Assembly (NCBI GenBank): GCA_965198005.1
Contig: CBDAOI010000004.1
Location: 1,376,001-1,440,000, forward strand
Reading direction: 5' to 3'
DNA from: Spirochaetia bacterium
GTDB taxonomy: Bacteria; Spirochaetota; Spirochaetia; SZUA-6; Bin103
Length of the DNA stretch: 64,000 nt
The notes beneath the pieces were generated by a model. That model ran no database searches and was not told where the DNA came from. It saw only the letters and a list, made by a program, of their open reading frames with translations. Of this stretch, positions 21,181 to 30,500 are shown piece by piece. The stretch's first letter is position 1; the number at the start of each line of letters is the position of its first letter. Made by a program: the position numbers and the translations under genes.

Positions 21181-21229
21181 CCCCCCCCCCCCCCCCCCCC
21201 AATTTCGAACCGACAAACAACTAACCGCT
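21181..21229 (+). repeat. C20 tract + conserved motif, copy 2
   Basis: C20 then AATTTCGAACCGACAAACAACTAACCGCT. Confidence 0.9.
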
Positions 21230-21470
21230 CCGGCTGATTGGCGCGTACGCGAAAGCGCGCACGCCGTTACCTTTACCACCGGCTCGGTCCATCGCCGAAC
21301 CGGGATGCAGACCGCCCGTGCCCTTCCCGTCGACTCGGGCCGTCGCGGATCCCCGCCCGCGACCGACTGCCAGCAAAACCCACCGCCGGCGTTGCCGGCC
21401 ATTCAGACTCGCTGCTGCGCCGACCACCGCCCCGCGTGGCGTTGTGACGCAGGGCACCCCGTGCCCCAGG

Positions 21471-21664
21471 AAGGAGGTGAAGATGATACTGAAAGAACCG
21501 CACGCGCGCGCGGCGTGAGCCCGGGTGAACCCGGATGAGTCACACGCTGCGCGCTTTGTGACTCGACTCAGACTGGCCGCCTGCGTTGCGGGCGCGAGAG
21601 TAGCCAGGCAGCGACAAGTCGCTACGCAATACTCTCAATAATTCGACATATTACGGAGATATGG
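21471..21664 (+). promoter_or_regulatory. Conserved SBP leader, copy 2 (uORF MILKEPHARAA at 21483-21518)
   Basis: AAGGAGGTGA SD; alternative stems; aligns with the two other copies. Confidence 0.8.
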
Positions 21665-23482
21665 ATGAATATTGTAATGATCACCAGGACTTTCGCGGTT
21701 GCGCTGGTCCTGGTCCTGACCGCAACCGGCCTCTGGGCCAGCGGTGCAGACGACAGCGACGAATCGGCAGCAGCCGCTACCGACAGAGAGACGGTGTTCG
21801 ATCCCGCCAGCGGCCTGACGTGGACGGCGCCAGAGTATGGCGGGACACTCAGTTGGGCCCATAAGCAGTTTCCTAAGAGTACTGACCCGCACATCGTTGG
21901 TGGCTGGGGACCTCACTTCATCAGTGGCGTCAATGAGAAGCTAGCCTACGGCGACTGGGCAGTATCCAGGGACAAGGTGGTTGAACTAGCCTGGACTTAT
22001 ACGGGCCCAGAGATGTACCGAGGGGCTCTGGCTGAAAGCTGGGAATTCCCCGACGCCACAACGGTGATCTTCCACATCCGCCAGGGCGTTCATTGGCATG
22101 ACAAGGCGCCGATGAACGGTCGGGAGCTGACTGCCGATGATGTCGTATTCAACTGGCACCGTTATTTGGGTCTGGGCGATTTCGCCGAAGACGGACCTTC
22201 CACGTTAGGTTATATGACGCAAGGTCTAGAGGAAGCATCGGTAACGGCCACCGACAAATGGACGGTCGAGTTCAAGCTGGCGAGGCCCAAACCCGATATC
22301 GAGTTTGCAATGACCCACAACGCAAACTATATACTAGCCCCCGAGGTAATCAAGGAACACGGAGACTATGCGGATTGGCGGAACGTGGTCGGCACCGGGC
22401 CCTATCGACTGACTGACCATGTCGAGGACACCTCGGCAACCTGGGAGAAGAATCCCAACTACTGGGGCTACGACGAAAAATTCCCGGACAACCGCCTGCC
22501 CTATATTGACACGTTAAGGTCCCTCCTTATAGCAGACCTTTCAGCACGTCTGGCGGCAATGCGCACGGGTAAGATTGATATGATAAGCAACACCGGCGAC
22601 GCTCATATATCCGAGATAGAACATATAGAGAGCCTCCAGGCTACCAACCCAGAAATCGAGGCCTGGCCCGTGTATCGCACTCCAATGGGCTCTTATTTGT
22701 ATGACCAGTCTCAGCCGGTGATGCAGGATGTCAATGTGCGCAAGGCACTGCAGATGTCCCAGGACCGAGAGACTATTTCGGCTGCCTTCTTTAAGGGTTG
22801 GGGAGATCCCGCACCTAATGGGTATATAAGTCAAGCTTCTACAGGGTATAGCTGGCCATATGAAGAGTGGCCCGAAGAGGTCAAGCGTGAGTATGAGTAT
22901 GACCCCGAAAGGGCAGAAGCGTTGCTTGATGCGGCTGGATATCCACGCGGCGACGACGGCTATAGATTCACGATCAAGATAGGCCATTTCGGGAGGTACG
23001 AACCGGAGTATACAGAAATCATCATGGGCTACTTCGACGCCATTGGCGTTAACAGCGAGATGGTTGTGGTTATGGACCCTGAGCTGCCACCTATCCTCGA
23101 GGCGGACACGTCCGAGTTCGCGTTGATTAGTTGGGTGACATATCCGCTAGCTGTCCCCGATACGTATGTATATTATATAGATAACCGCGACTATGGTGGT
23201 GTTGACTGGAGCAGGGCGAACGATCCGGAAATGGACGCCCTGCTGGCCGGCATGAGGAATGCTACCGAAGCGGAGGAGTGGCAAAGGTATCACCGACAGC
23301 TCGATGAGAAAACTGTACGGGAGCACTGGGGCCTGGTGAGAGCCAACTCCCCTATATTCGCCGTGAGCCAGCCGTGGGTCGAGGGTTATGCCGGTGAATG
23401 GAGTCTGGGATACTCTGAACGTAATACCCACTTTGCCCGCCTCTGGATTGATAGTGAGCTGAAGGAATCAATGGGTCATTAG
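21665..23482 (+). CDS. Family-5 ABC substrate-binding protein
   Basis: Signal peptide, LAESWE, RQGVHWHD, VGTGPY. Confidence 0.95.
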   Translation: MNIVMITRTFAVALVLVLTATGLWASGADDSDESAAAATDRETVFDPASGLTWTAPEYGGTLSWAHKQFPKSTDPHIVGGWGPHFISGVNEKLAYGDWAVSRDKVVELAWTYTGPEMYRGALAESWEFPDATTVIFHIRQGVHWHDKAPMNGRELTADDVVFNWHRYLGLGDFAEDGPSTLGYMTQGLEEASVTATDKWTVEFKLARPKPDIEFAMTHNANYILAPEVIKEHGDYADWRNVVGTGPYRLTDHVEDTSATWEKNPNYWGYDEKFPDNRLPYIDTLRSLLIADLSARLAAMRTGKIDMISNTGDAHISEIEHIESLQATNPEIEAWPVYRTPMGSYLYDQSQPVMQDVNVRKALQMSQDRETISAAFFKGWGDPAPNGYISQASTGYSWPYEEWPEEVKREYEYDPERAEALLDAAGYPRGDDGYRFTIKIGHFGRYEPEYTEIIMGYFDAIGVNSEMVVVMDPELPPILEADTSEFALISWVTYPLAVPDTYVYYIDNRDYGGVDWSRANDPEMDALLAGMRNATEAEEWQRYHRQLDEKTVREHWGLVRANSPIFAVSQPWVEGYAGEWSLGYSERNTHFARLWIDSELKESMGH

Positions 23483-23495
23483 GGTTTCACCAAAA

Positions 23496-23528
23496 GGGAG
23501 CTGGGGGGGTTCAAACCTCCTGGCTCCC
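23496..23528. terminator. Hairpin after SBP gene
   Basis: GGGAGCTGGGGGG ttcaaa CCTCCTGGCTCCC preceded by AAAA. Confidence 0.7.
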
Positions 23529-23587
23529 GATAACTCCTCGAATAATGAGTGTGGCAATGACGGGGAAGTCGCAATGAGGATTGTCAC

Positions 23588-24598
23588 ATGAGAGCCTACC
23601 TTATCAGGCGGTTATTGCTGATATTCCCCACCCTGTTCATATTGAGCATCGTAGTCTTTCTCTCGGTCCGCTTCATCCCCGGCGATGTAATAGACGTAAT
23701 GGTGGCCCAGATGGGAGGATGGTGGGCCGTGGGTGGCGATATAGACCGCGAAGCTCTTGAGCGCAGGCTGGGATTGGACGTGCCTGTGTACGTACAGTAC
23801 GGACGCTGGATAGGAGTGTTGCCAACCCCTGACTGGATTACCGGTGAGTCCCACTTTAGAGGTCTCCTCCAGGGCACCCTTGGCGAACCACTGATTGGCG
23901 GTTTTTCTACGATAGACGAGATGATAATGAGTAGATTGCCGGTAACCATTGAGCTTGGCGTTATGGCAATCGTAATCGGGCTAGTGATAGCCCTGCCAGT
24001 CGGCATCTACTCGGCGATTCGCCAGGATACGGCCACCGACTACCTAGGCCGCACCGTCGCCGTCATCGGCCTGGCAACGCCAAACTTCTGGCTGGGAGTC
24101 ATGGTCATGCTCTACCCGGCAATCTGGTGGGGCTGGTCGCCGTCGATGGAGTACATCCCTCTTGGCGAAGATCCGCTGGGGAATCTCGGGATGCTCATCA
24201 TTCCTGCTGTGATTCTGGGAACGGGCATGTCTGCAGCCACCATGCGGATGACGCGCACCATGATGCTGGAGGAGCTCAGGCAGGACTACGTCAGGACGGC
24301 ATGGTCCAAGGGTATCAAGGAAAGAGTGATTGTTATCAGACACGTCATCAAGAATGCATTCATCCCGATTCTTACGCTGATAGGCCTGCAGTTCCCCCTC
24401 CTGATAGGTGGCGCCGTCATCATGGAGAACATCTTCAACCTTCCGGGGATAGGTCGTCTGTTTATGGATGCCCTCGAAGGAAGAGACTACCCGGTAGTCT
24501 CCGGAATAAACCTGGTTTTCGCGACCCTAGTTATGCTTAGCATTGTACTTATCGACATGATCTATCCCTATTTGGATCCCAGGATCCGCTACAAGTGA
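23588..24598 (+). CDS. ABC permease DppB/OppB-like
   Basis: EAA-like loop DYVRTAWSKG, ENIFNLPGIG, RDYPVV, DPRIRY. Confidence 0.95.
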   Translation: MRAYLIRRLLLIFPTLFILSIVVFLSVRFIPGDVIDVMVAQMGGWWAVGGDIDREALERRLGLDVPVYVQYGRWIGVLPTPDWITGESHFRGLLQGTLGEPLIGGFSTIDEMIMSRLPVTIELGVMAIVIGLVIALPVGIYSAIRQDTATDYLGRTVAVIGLATPNFWLGVMVMLYPAIWWGWSPSMEYIPLGEDPLGNLGMLIIPAVILGTGMSAATMRMTRTMMLEELRQDYVRTAWSKGIKERVIVIRHVIKNAFIPILTLIGLQFPLLIGGAVIMENIFNLPGIGRLFMDALEGRDYPVVSGINLVFATLVMLSIVLIDMIYPYLDPRIRYK

Positions 24599-25566
24599 TG
24601 CCACAGGTACACACCGCTAAAGTGAGTGAGCCCAGGAGAAGTGGCGCGGTGGCTGTTTTCTTTATCAGGCTGTGGCGGGAGAAGCCACTGGGTATGGCCA
24701 GCGGAATTGTCATATTTCTAGTGCTGTTTGTGGCTTTATTCGGGGGTCAATTAGCCCCTTATAGATTTACCGAGATGAACCTGATAGACAGGATGCAGGG
24801 CTCATCAGTCCGGCATCTGATGGGTACCGACCAGATGGGGCGAGACGTTCTCAGCCGCGTTATATTCGGGGCCCGTATTTCGGTACTTGTCGGTCTGGCA
24901 GTGACCACGCTCAGTGTATTGATCAGTACGCTGATAGGCGGCATTTCAGGATTCGTTGGTGGTAGATTCGACATCATAGTGCAGAGAGTTGTCGATGCCT
25001 GGATTTGTTTCCCGGGACTGCTCCTATTGTTAACCCTGATGTCCATTGTGGGAAAGGGTGTGCCACAGATAATACTGGTCCTGGGGATATCAGGAGGCAT
25101 CGGCGGCTCAAGAGTAATCAGAGGCGCCGTTCTTGGCATTAAGGAGAATGTGTATTTTCAGACGGCGGAGGCTATTGGCAGCAGAAAATGGAGATCATTA
25201 GTCCGCCATGTCTTGCCCAACATCATGCCTGCCGTAATCATTTTATTCAGCACCAGCATAGGGGGCGTAATCATATCTTTGGCTTCTCTGAGCTTCCTCG
25301 GATACGGTCTGCCTCCCACGCTTCCTGACTGGGGAGGTCTGCTCAGTAGGGAGGGGCGTAAATACATGGAGCAGGCGCCATGGCTGGCTCTCTGGCCCGG
25401 TCTTTGTCTGACGGTAACCGTTTACAGTCTGAACATGTTCGGCGACGCAGCGCGTGACCTGCTGGACCCGAGGCTGAAGGGCGGCGTGGGGCAGCCCGGT
25501 GCCTATGGCACGAAGTCGGTCAAGAAAGCCAGGAAGAAGCTGGAGGCCAGGGACGAAACGCATTAG
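24595..25566 (+). CDS. ABC permease DppC/OppC-like
   Basis: HLMGTDQMGRD, RHVLPN, LSFLG, GDAARDLLDPR. Confidence 0.95.
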   Translation: MMPQVHTAKVSEPRRSGAVAVFFIRLWREKPLGMASGIVIFLVLFVALFGGQLAPYRFTEMNLIDRMQGSSVRHLMGTDQMGRDVLSRVIFGARISVLVGLAVTTLSVLISTLIGGISGFVGGRFDIIVQRVVDAWICFPGLLLLLTLMSIVGKGVPQIILVLGISGGIGGSRVIRGAVLGIKENVYFQTAEAIGSRKWRSLVRHVLPNIMPAVIILFSTSIGGVIISLASLSFLGYGLPPTLPDWGGLLSREGRKYMEQAPWLALWPGLCLTVTVYSLNMFGDAARDLLDPRLKGGVGQPGAYGTKSVKKARKKLEARDETH

Positions 25567-26146
25567 TCGACTCCTGTGACAGACCGTGCCCGTCTGTTCC
25601 CGGGAGCTCGAAATCCGTCACCCGGACGATCAGGCGGTGCCGGAACTGAGGCACGGTCGCTGCTGACCTCGGCATCAACCGCGTCCTGGTCGCCGTGTTG
25701 GCCGACTGGGAGAGCGGCTGAACGACCTCTACCACCCGCACGACGTGATCTACCGCATCGATCGGGCAACCGGGTCGCCCGTCGTCAGCCACCTGCGCGA
25801 AAGTCGCCGACGTGCACAGGGTCGAAGCAAGCGGCTTCGACGGTCCGGTTGTGATGGCGTTGTTCGAGGCGCCTTCTGCGCCGGGGGGTCCCGGCCAGAG
25901 CGGGCGCAGTAGTGACGGGGCACCGGCTCGAAATCGCAGTCGAAGATGGGCAGGTCCGACTGGACCGAGTGCCGTGATCGGTTGACAATGCCGTATCGTA
26001 CGTTTACCCTCGCAGACGCGGTTCACGTTGTCCGCGATGGGTGCCCATATTGAACCCGAGCACTGGCGCTGTATCCGTCGGAGCATGGAGCAGGCGATCC
26101 GGCTCCACGAGGCGCCCAGTACACGCAGCCATGGGACTGATCAAGT

Positions 26147-26383
26147 ATGGGTGAGCCGGGAAAAAAATCCCAATCGTATCCAGGGTATCGATGGGTCGTC
26201 TCTCATCCCGATTTGCTGGGTGGCAGACCGACCGTGAGAGGGACGCGAATATCCGTTTCGCATGTTTTGGAATGCCTCTCCATCGGGATGACGGCAAAAG
26301 AGATTGCTAACGATTATCCTGGTTTCCCTGCAGAGAGTGTGCCTGAGGTTCTGAGATTCGCTTCAGCCCATGTGGCTGCTTGA
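26147..26383 (+). CDS. DUF433-family antitoxin
   Basis: HPDLLGGRPTVRGTRISV...EIANDYP. Confidence 0.9.
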   Translation: MGEPGKKSQSYPGYRWVVSHPDLLGGRPTVRGTRISVSHVLECLSIGMTAKEIANDYPGFPAESVPEVLRFASAHVAA

Positions 26384-26610
26384 CCACAATCTACCGAAGC
26401 AATTGGTCGGTTCGCTGAAGTCCCTGGGAATCGACTGTGATACGACCGCACATCGGGGGTGGAACGATGGATCGGTTCCCGCAGATGGCTATCGTATTGA
26501 TTACGATACCTCAGACTAGAGGACACGAATATGCAGCACAATTCGTCAAGCACTGGAGAAGCTCACCAATTTCTCCAGAACCACACGGAATGATTCGTTG
26601 GCCATCGTAG
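26370..26610 (+). pseudogene. DUF5615/PIN-like toxin with internal deletion and frameshift
   Basis: MWLLDHNLPKQL...HRGWND, then plausible C-terminus in another frame (MAIVLITIP...MIRWPS*). Confidence 0.75.
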
Positions 26611-26714
26611 CAAGTCAACGGCGTGGCGGGATGCTCCCCACGCGGGCGATGTACTCTCTTATCTCCGAGATCGGCGTTCGGCACGCCGGTCCTAAACCTA
26701 ACCCTTAACCACGA

Positions 26715-26879
26715 TGTCCTTCGTAGGCCAGGTAGAACGTGTAGCTGTTCTCGTGGGCATGACGGTCGACGAAGCCACGAGAGGCAGTAGTCGCGCTCCA
26801 GGACGGTCTCCGGGATACGCCGGCCTCCCCGCTGGGCGAGTCGGTTGGAAAGAAGCGAGAGATCGCGCTGCGGGATGAT
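26715..26879 (-). pseudogene. AbiEii nucleotidyltransferase toxin remnant
   Basis: (ATC)IPQRDLSLLSNRL...IPETVLERDYCLSWL directly after AbiEi stop, then out-of-frame HENSYTFYLAYEG fragment. Confidence 0.75.
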
Positions 26880-26882
26880 GGA

Positions 26883-27710
26883 TCAGGTCCTCACGACGGC
26901 GCGGAGCTCTTGGGGATCGACGTTGAGTTGAAGGCGCCAGCGGCGCAGGTGTTTCCCCTCGGCCGGAAGGACCGGGTCGAGGCGGACGTAGGTCGCCGTC
27001 AAGCCGGCACGAACACGGTCCAGATCCGGCGGCGCCGCCATCTCGTAGGTCTCCAGCAGGAACCCCAGACGGCGCACGACGGCGCCGACACCGATCCGCT
27101 TGGCGTACTGGACCAGCCGGTCGACCTTCACGTCTTCGCGCCGCATCCAAAGGCCTTTGGCGACCTCGGTCAGCCCGCCGCAATGCTCGGGCTGCTTGAG
27201 TCCGTCGATAATCGTCCTCTCCAGGTCGCTCACGCGCACTTTCTCTTGCTTGGTGGCCCAGTGGTCAGTGAGCCCGAAGAGGTGCTTGTGCTGGCAGCGA
27301 ACGAACCGGAATTCCACGCCCAGCGCCGTCAGGGATCGCCGGGGCTTCAGGGTGCTGACTATGACTACCAGTTGGGGCTGGGTCGTCATGCCGTGGATCT
27401 CCATGGCGGTGGCGTGCGAGAGGTAGTAGTCCTCCCCGTGCATGATCTCCCGGGCGACGACGAGAGGGTTTCCCAGGTAGTGCCGCTCCCTTCCCAGCTC
27501 GAAGGGGACCAGGACGTACAGACCGGACTTGAGCCGGGCCGCCACACCCCGATCCACGAGCTTGCGGGCGAAGCTCCTCGCGGAGGTTGCGGAGAGACCC
27601 GTGATGTCCCGGACATCCTCCAGGCGGAAAACAGCACGGCTCCGTTCGTGGAGCGCCGTCAACAACTTCGCCGCCTGGGGCCCCAGGGTCTTGAGCGGTG
27701 TACTGTTCAT
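26883..27710 (-). CDS. Type IV TA AbiEi-family antitoxin/regulator
   Basis: N-terminal wHTH, RLKSGLY, YYLSHATAMEIHG, SDLERTIID. Confidence 0.9.
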   Translation of the reverse strand: MNSTPLKTLGPQAAKLLTALHERSRAVFRLEDVRDITGLSATSARSFARKLVDRGVAARLKSGLYVLVPFELGRERHYLGNPLVVAREIMHGEDYYLSHATAMEIHGMTTQPQLVVIVSTLKPRRSLTALGVEFRFVRCQHKHLFGLTDHWATKQEKVRVSDLERTIIDGLKQPEHCGGLTEVAKGLWMRREDVKVDRLVQYAKRIGVGAVVRRLGFLLETYEMAAPPDLDRVRAGLTATYVRLDPVLPAEGKHLRRWRLQLNVDPQELRAVVRT

Positions 27711-28319
27711 GAGCATTTCGTGCCCTTCAAGGACACATTCTAAGTCAAGGATAGAACTCCGTAAAGTGGAAACTATCTTCTGGCTTTCGTTCGTGCCCCT
27801 TGAAGGCACGTGTTACATCTCAAGTATAATCGTCGCACCGGCATGGCCTCCACACTCCTCTCCTTCCTTGGGCAGCCGCAGACTGAAAACCGCCGAGGGG
27901 CGCTGGCGCGGCGGACGCCGTCGCTGGTCAAGCGCAGCTCGCTGGTGGTGTTGTTCCCCGAGCGGCCTGCCGCCGGTCGGTGGGGAGCGGGCTCACAGCT
28001 GGTGTTCGCTGTGGCGACGAGTATCGAGAGTGCACCGATGAGAGACGTACGAGAGACCAGCGTCGAGATCGGTGCGGTCGCCGGTCGCCCGGCTCAACAC
28101 CTGGCGCGCTTCTTGAGCCAGCTCTACGGGCCCCCTCGCTATACTTCGCCGACTCGATCCTCGGTGCCCTGACGCTCCACAGCTTCGCTATGGATGATGC
28201 CCTGACGCTACGACGTGGGGCGCCACTCCGAGCTGACCGGCCAGGCCACGCCCATCCACAGCCCGGCGCCCGTACGACCTGGTCGGCCGCGTTCCGGGCG
28301 CGCCTCCGGAGTACCGACG

Positions 28320-28420
28320 GCTCCCGGCCCACGACGTCCCTGTCGCGGGCCGGGAGCTACATGCCACCCGTGGCGGCAGGGAGGGCGCCACGGGTGGAGG
28401 TCACCGTGCATCCGGCGTGA
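28320..28420 (+). repeat. 101-bp direct repeat (two hairpins), left copy
   Basis: Near-identical to 29138-29238. Confidence 0.92.
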
Positions 28421-28463
28421 CACCGCGCGTTGGCGGTCGGGCGCGCACCCACGGCTCGGCGCT

Positions 28464-28910
28464 GTTGACAGGGTGGCCACGCCCACCCATAGCAAGCTTG
28501 CCTCGCCTGGGGTTCGACGGATCGATGATGACGCGCCATGACGACAGTCAGCGCAGTGGCCGGTGGCCGGTGATGTTCGGTGACGGCGGTGACGCGGTGA
28601 CGTCCGAGTCGTTGACAGGGTGGTCGCGCCCACGCTAGCATGCCTCGCTTGGGGCGACGGATGCCGATGAAGCGCCATGATGACAGTCAGCGCAGTGACG
28701 GGTTGCCGGTGACCTTCGCTTACCCCGGTGACCCCCACGAGTCGTTGACGGCGCGCCGCGCCTAGGCTAGCGTGCCTCACTTGGGGTTCGACGGATGGTC
28801 ATGAAGCGTCACGATGACAGGCAGCGCAGTGACCGGTTCGCTGTGACGCGACCGGTGCATCATACCCCCCCCCCCCCCCACTTTTTCGAACCGAGAAACA
28901 ACTAACCGCT
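28464..28910 (+). repeat. Tandem array B: three 133-147 bp units + C15 tract + conserved motif
   Basis: TTGAC at 28465, 28612, 28745; same core as array A; C15 at 28865-28879. Confidence 0.88.
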
Positions 28911-29137
28911 CCGGCTGATCGCTCCGTACGCGACCCCGCGCACGCGGTCGCCTTCACCACCGCCGTAGCTATCGGTGGCACCGGCTCCGTCCATCGCCGA
29001 ACCGGCATGCGGGCCGCCCGCGCCGTTATCGTCGACCGCGACCGTGCCGGATCCCCGCCCGCGACTGACTGCCCGCAAAACCCACCGCCGGCGTTGCCGG
29101 TCAACGCGAGGCACCCCGACATGGGGAAGCAACAACC

Positions 29138-29238
29138 GCTCCCAGCCCACGACGTCCCTGTCGCGGGCCGGGAGCTGCATGCCACCCGTGGCGGCAGGGA
29201 GGGCGCCACGGGTGGAGGTCACCGTTCATCCGGCGTGA
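29138..29238 (+). repeat. 101-bp direct repeat, right copy
   Basis: Near-identical to 28320-28420. Confidence 0.92.
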
Positions 29239-29267
29239 TACTGGGTGCGGAACGCACGCGCACTCTC

Positions 29268-29610
29268 TCAAACCGACGTGGCGCCGCTGCCAGCGGCGAT
29301 CCCTTCTTGCTCGGTGTATTGCAGAACGGCAGCACTCGGCGAAGCGCCGTGGGCTGAGTAAGCAGCGTCTGCGTATGGCTGGGGTTTGACCTGGCGGCCG
29401 GCGGCGGCGATGACGGGCATCTCCTGCGCGCCAAAACCGGTGACGGCTGGATTCAGCGCATAGACCCGGTCGGGATAGTCAGCCTGAACGAGCTTGAGAT
29501 CGCCAATGTCACCTCGTTCCAGGATGGCTCGCGCATGCTCGATTGCGGGGAAACACCGCGTCCACATCCCTTCCTGGCAGAAGAGTCCGGCCTTGTCCGC
29601 GGCGTGGGAC
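29268..29610 (-). pseudogene. Gfo/Idh/MocA oxidoreductase fragment
   Basis: GLFCQEGMWTRCFPA...GDIGDLKLVQAD. Confidence 0.7.
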
Positions 29611-29990
29611 TGCCGGCCACCCGATGCCAGTCGATCGGCGTCTCCGGATCGCAAGTGCGTAACGAAACCGCGAGGCGCCGATCGTCGCTCGTCTGCGTCG
29701 CGTGTATGGTGTTGAGGCTCAGCAGCAGCAGGTCACCAGGCCCCACCTCCGGCGTCTCCACAACATCCTCGATTTCGAGGTCCTCGTCATGCCAGAGGAC
29801 CCCACTCCAGTCGGAAAAGTACAAGGTGCCCCCGTCACGAAGCGGGAACAGTCTACTCGCGCCCGCGCGCCGACAGAGGTTGAACACTCGTGGCGACTTT
29901 TCGGGAAGCCGATCCCAGGGAATCAGGTGCAGTCCCGCCTCGGTGCGGGCAGGCTTGACCAACGGAATCCAGTAATTGAGATGGGTCCGA
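29610..29990 (-). pseudogene. Possible 2OG-Fe(II)/PhyH-like dioxygenase fragment
   Basis: GPGDLLLL...IHATQ...RRLAVSLR. Confidence 0.5.
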
Positions 29991-30000
29991 TCGTACTCGG

Positions 30001-30500
30001 TCAGGAAGAAGGAGGTGCGGTGAAGCCGCTGCCCAACCCCAAAAGACGGTGAAAGTTATATTCGATATCTTGGGCCGTCAGCTCGCGGCCGTTCATCGGT
30101 GCCTTATTATGCCAGCGAACCCCTTCGCGTATTTTGAAGACTATCGTGGTGGCGTCCGGCGTTTCCCAGCTTTCCGCTAGTCGACCGGTAAGAACGGATT
30201 CGGGGAAGTAGCTGAAAGCACCGGTAAGGTCATACACGTCCCTGTCGATTCCCCAGTTGACCATGCCCAGCTTCTCGGCAACACCATCAACTTCCCCACC
30301 GAACAGCGGGTCAGTCGTCGGACTTTCCCGGTTGGCGAAGGTGAATGTCCCGCCGTACTCCGGCGCGGTCACCATCTTGCCGGTCGTCGGATCGAGCACC
30401 ATTTCCCTTTCGGCGGCGGACGCCGAGTCGTCTGGTTCGCTGCCGCCCCCCGCAAACGCAGCGGTCGCCACCAGCGCGAACGCCAGTGTGATCGATATCC
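30001..30500 (-). pseudogene. Truncated family-5 SBP N-terminus (no start, stops early)
   Basis: MVLDPTTGKMVTAPEYGG, LAESWETPD, REGVRWHNKAPMNGRELTA. Confidence 0.85.

Noticed and set aside
25570-26140. Coding fragments after dppC
   Set aside because: Likely debris; no family I can recognise
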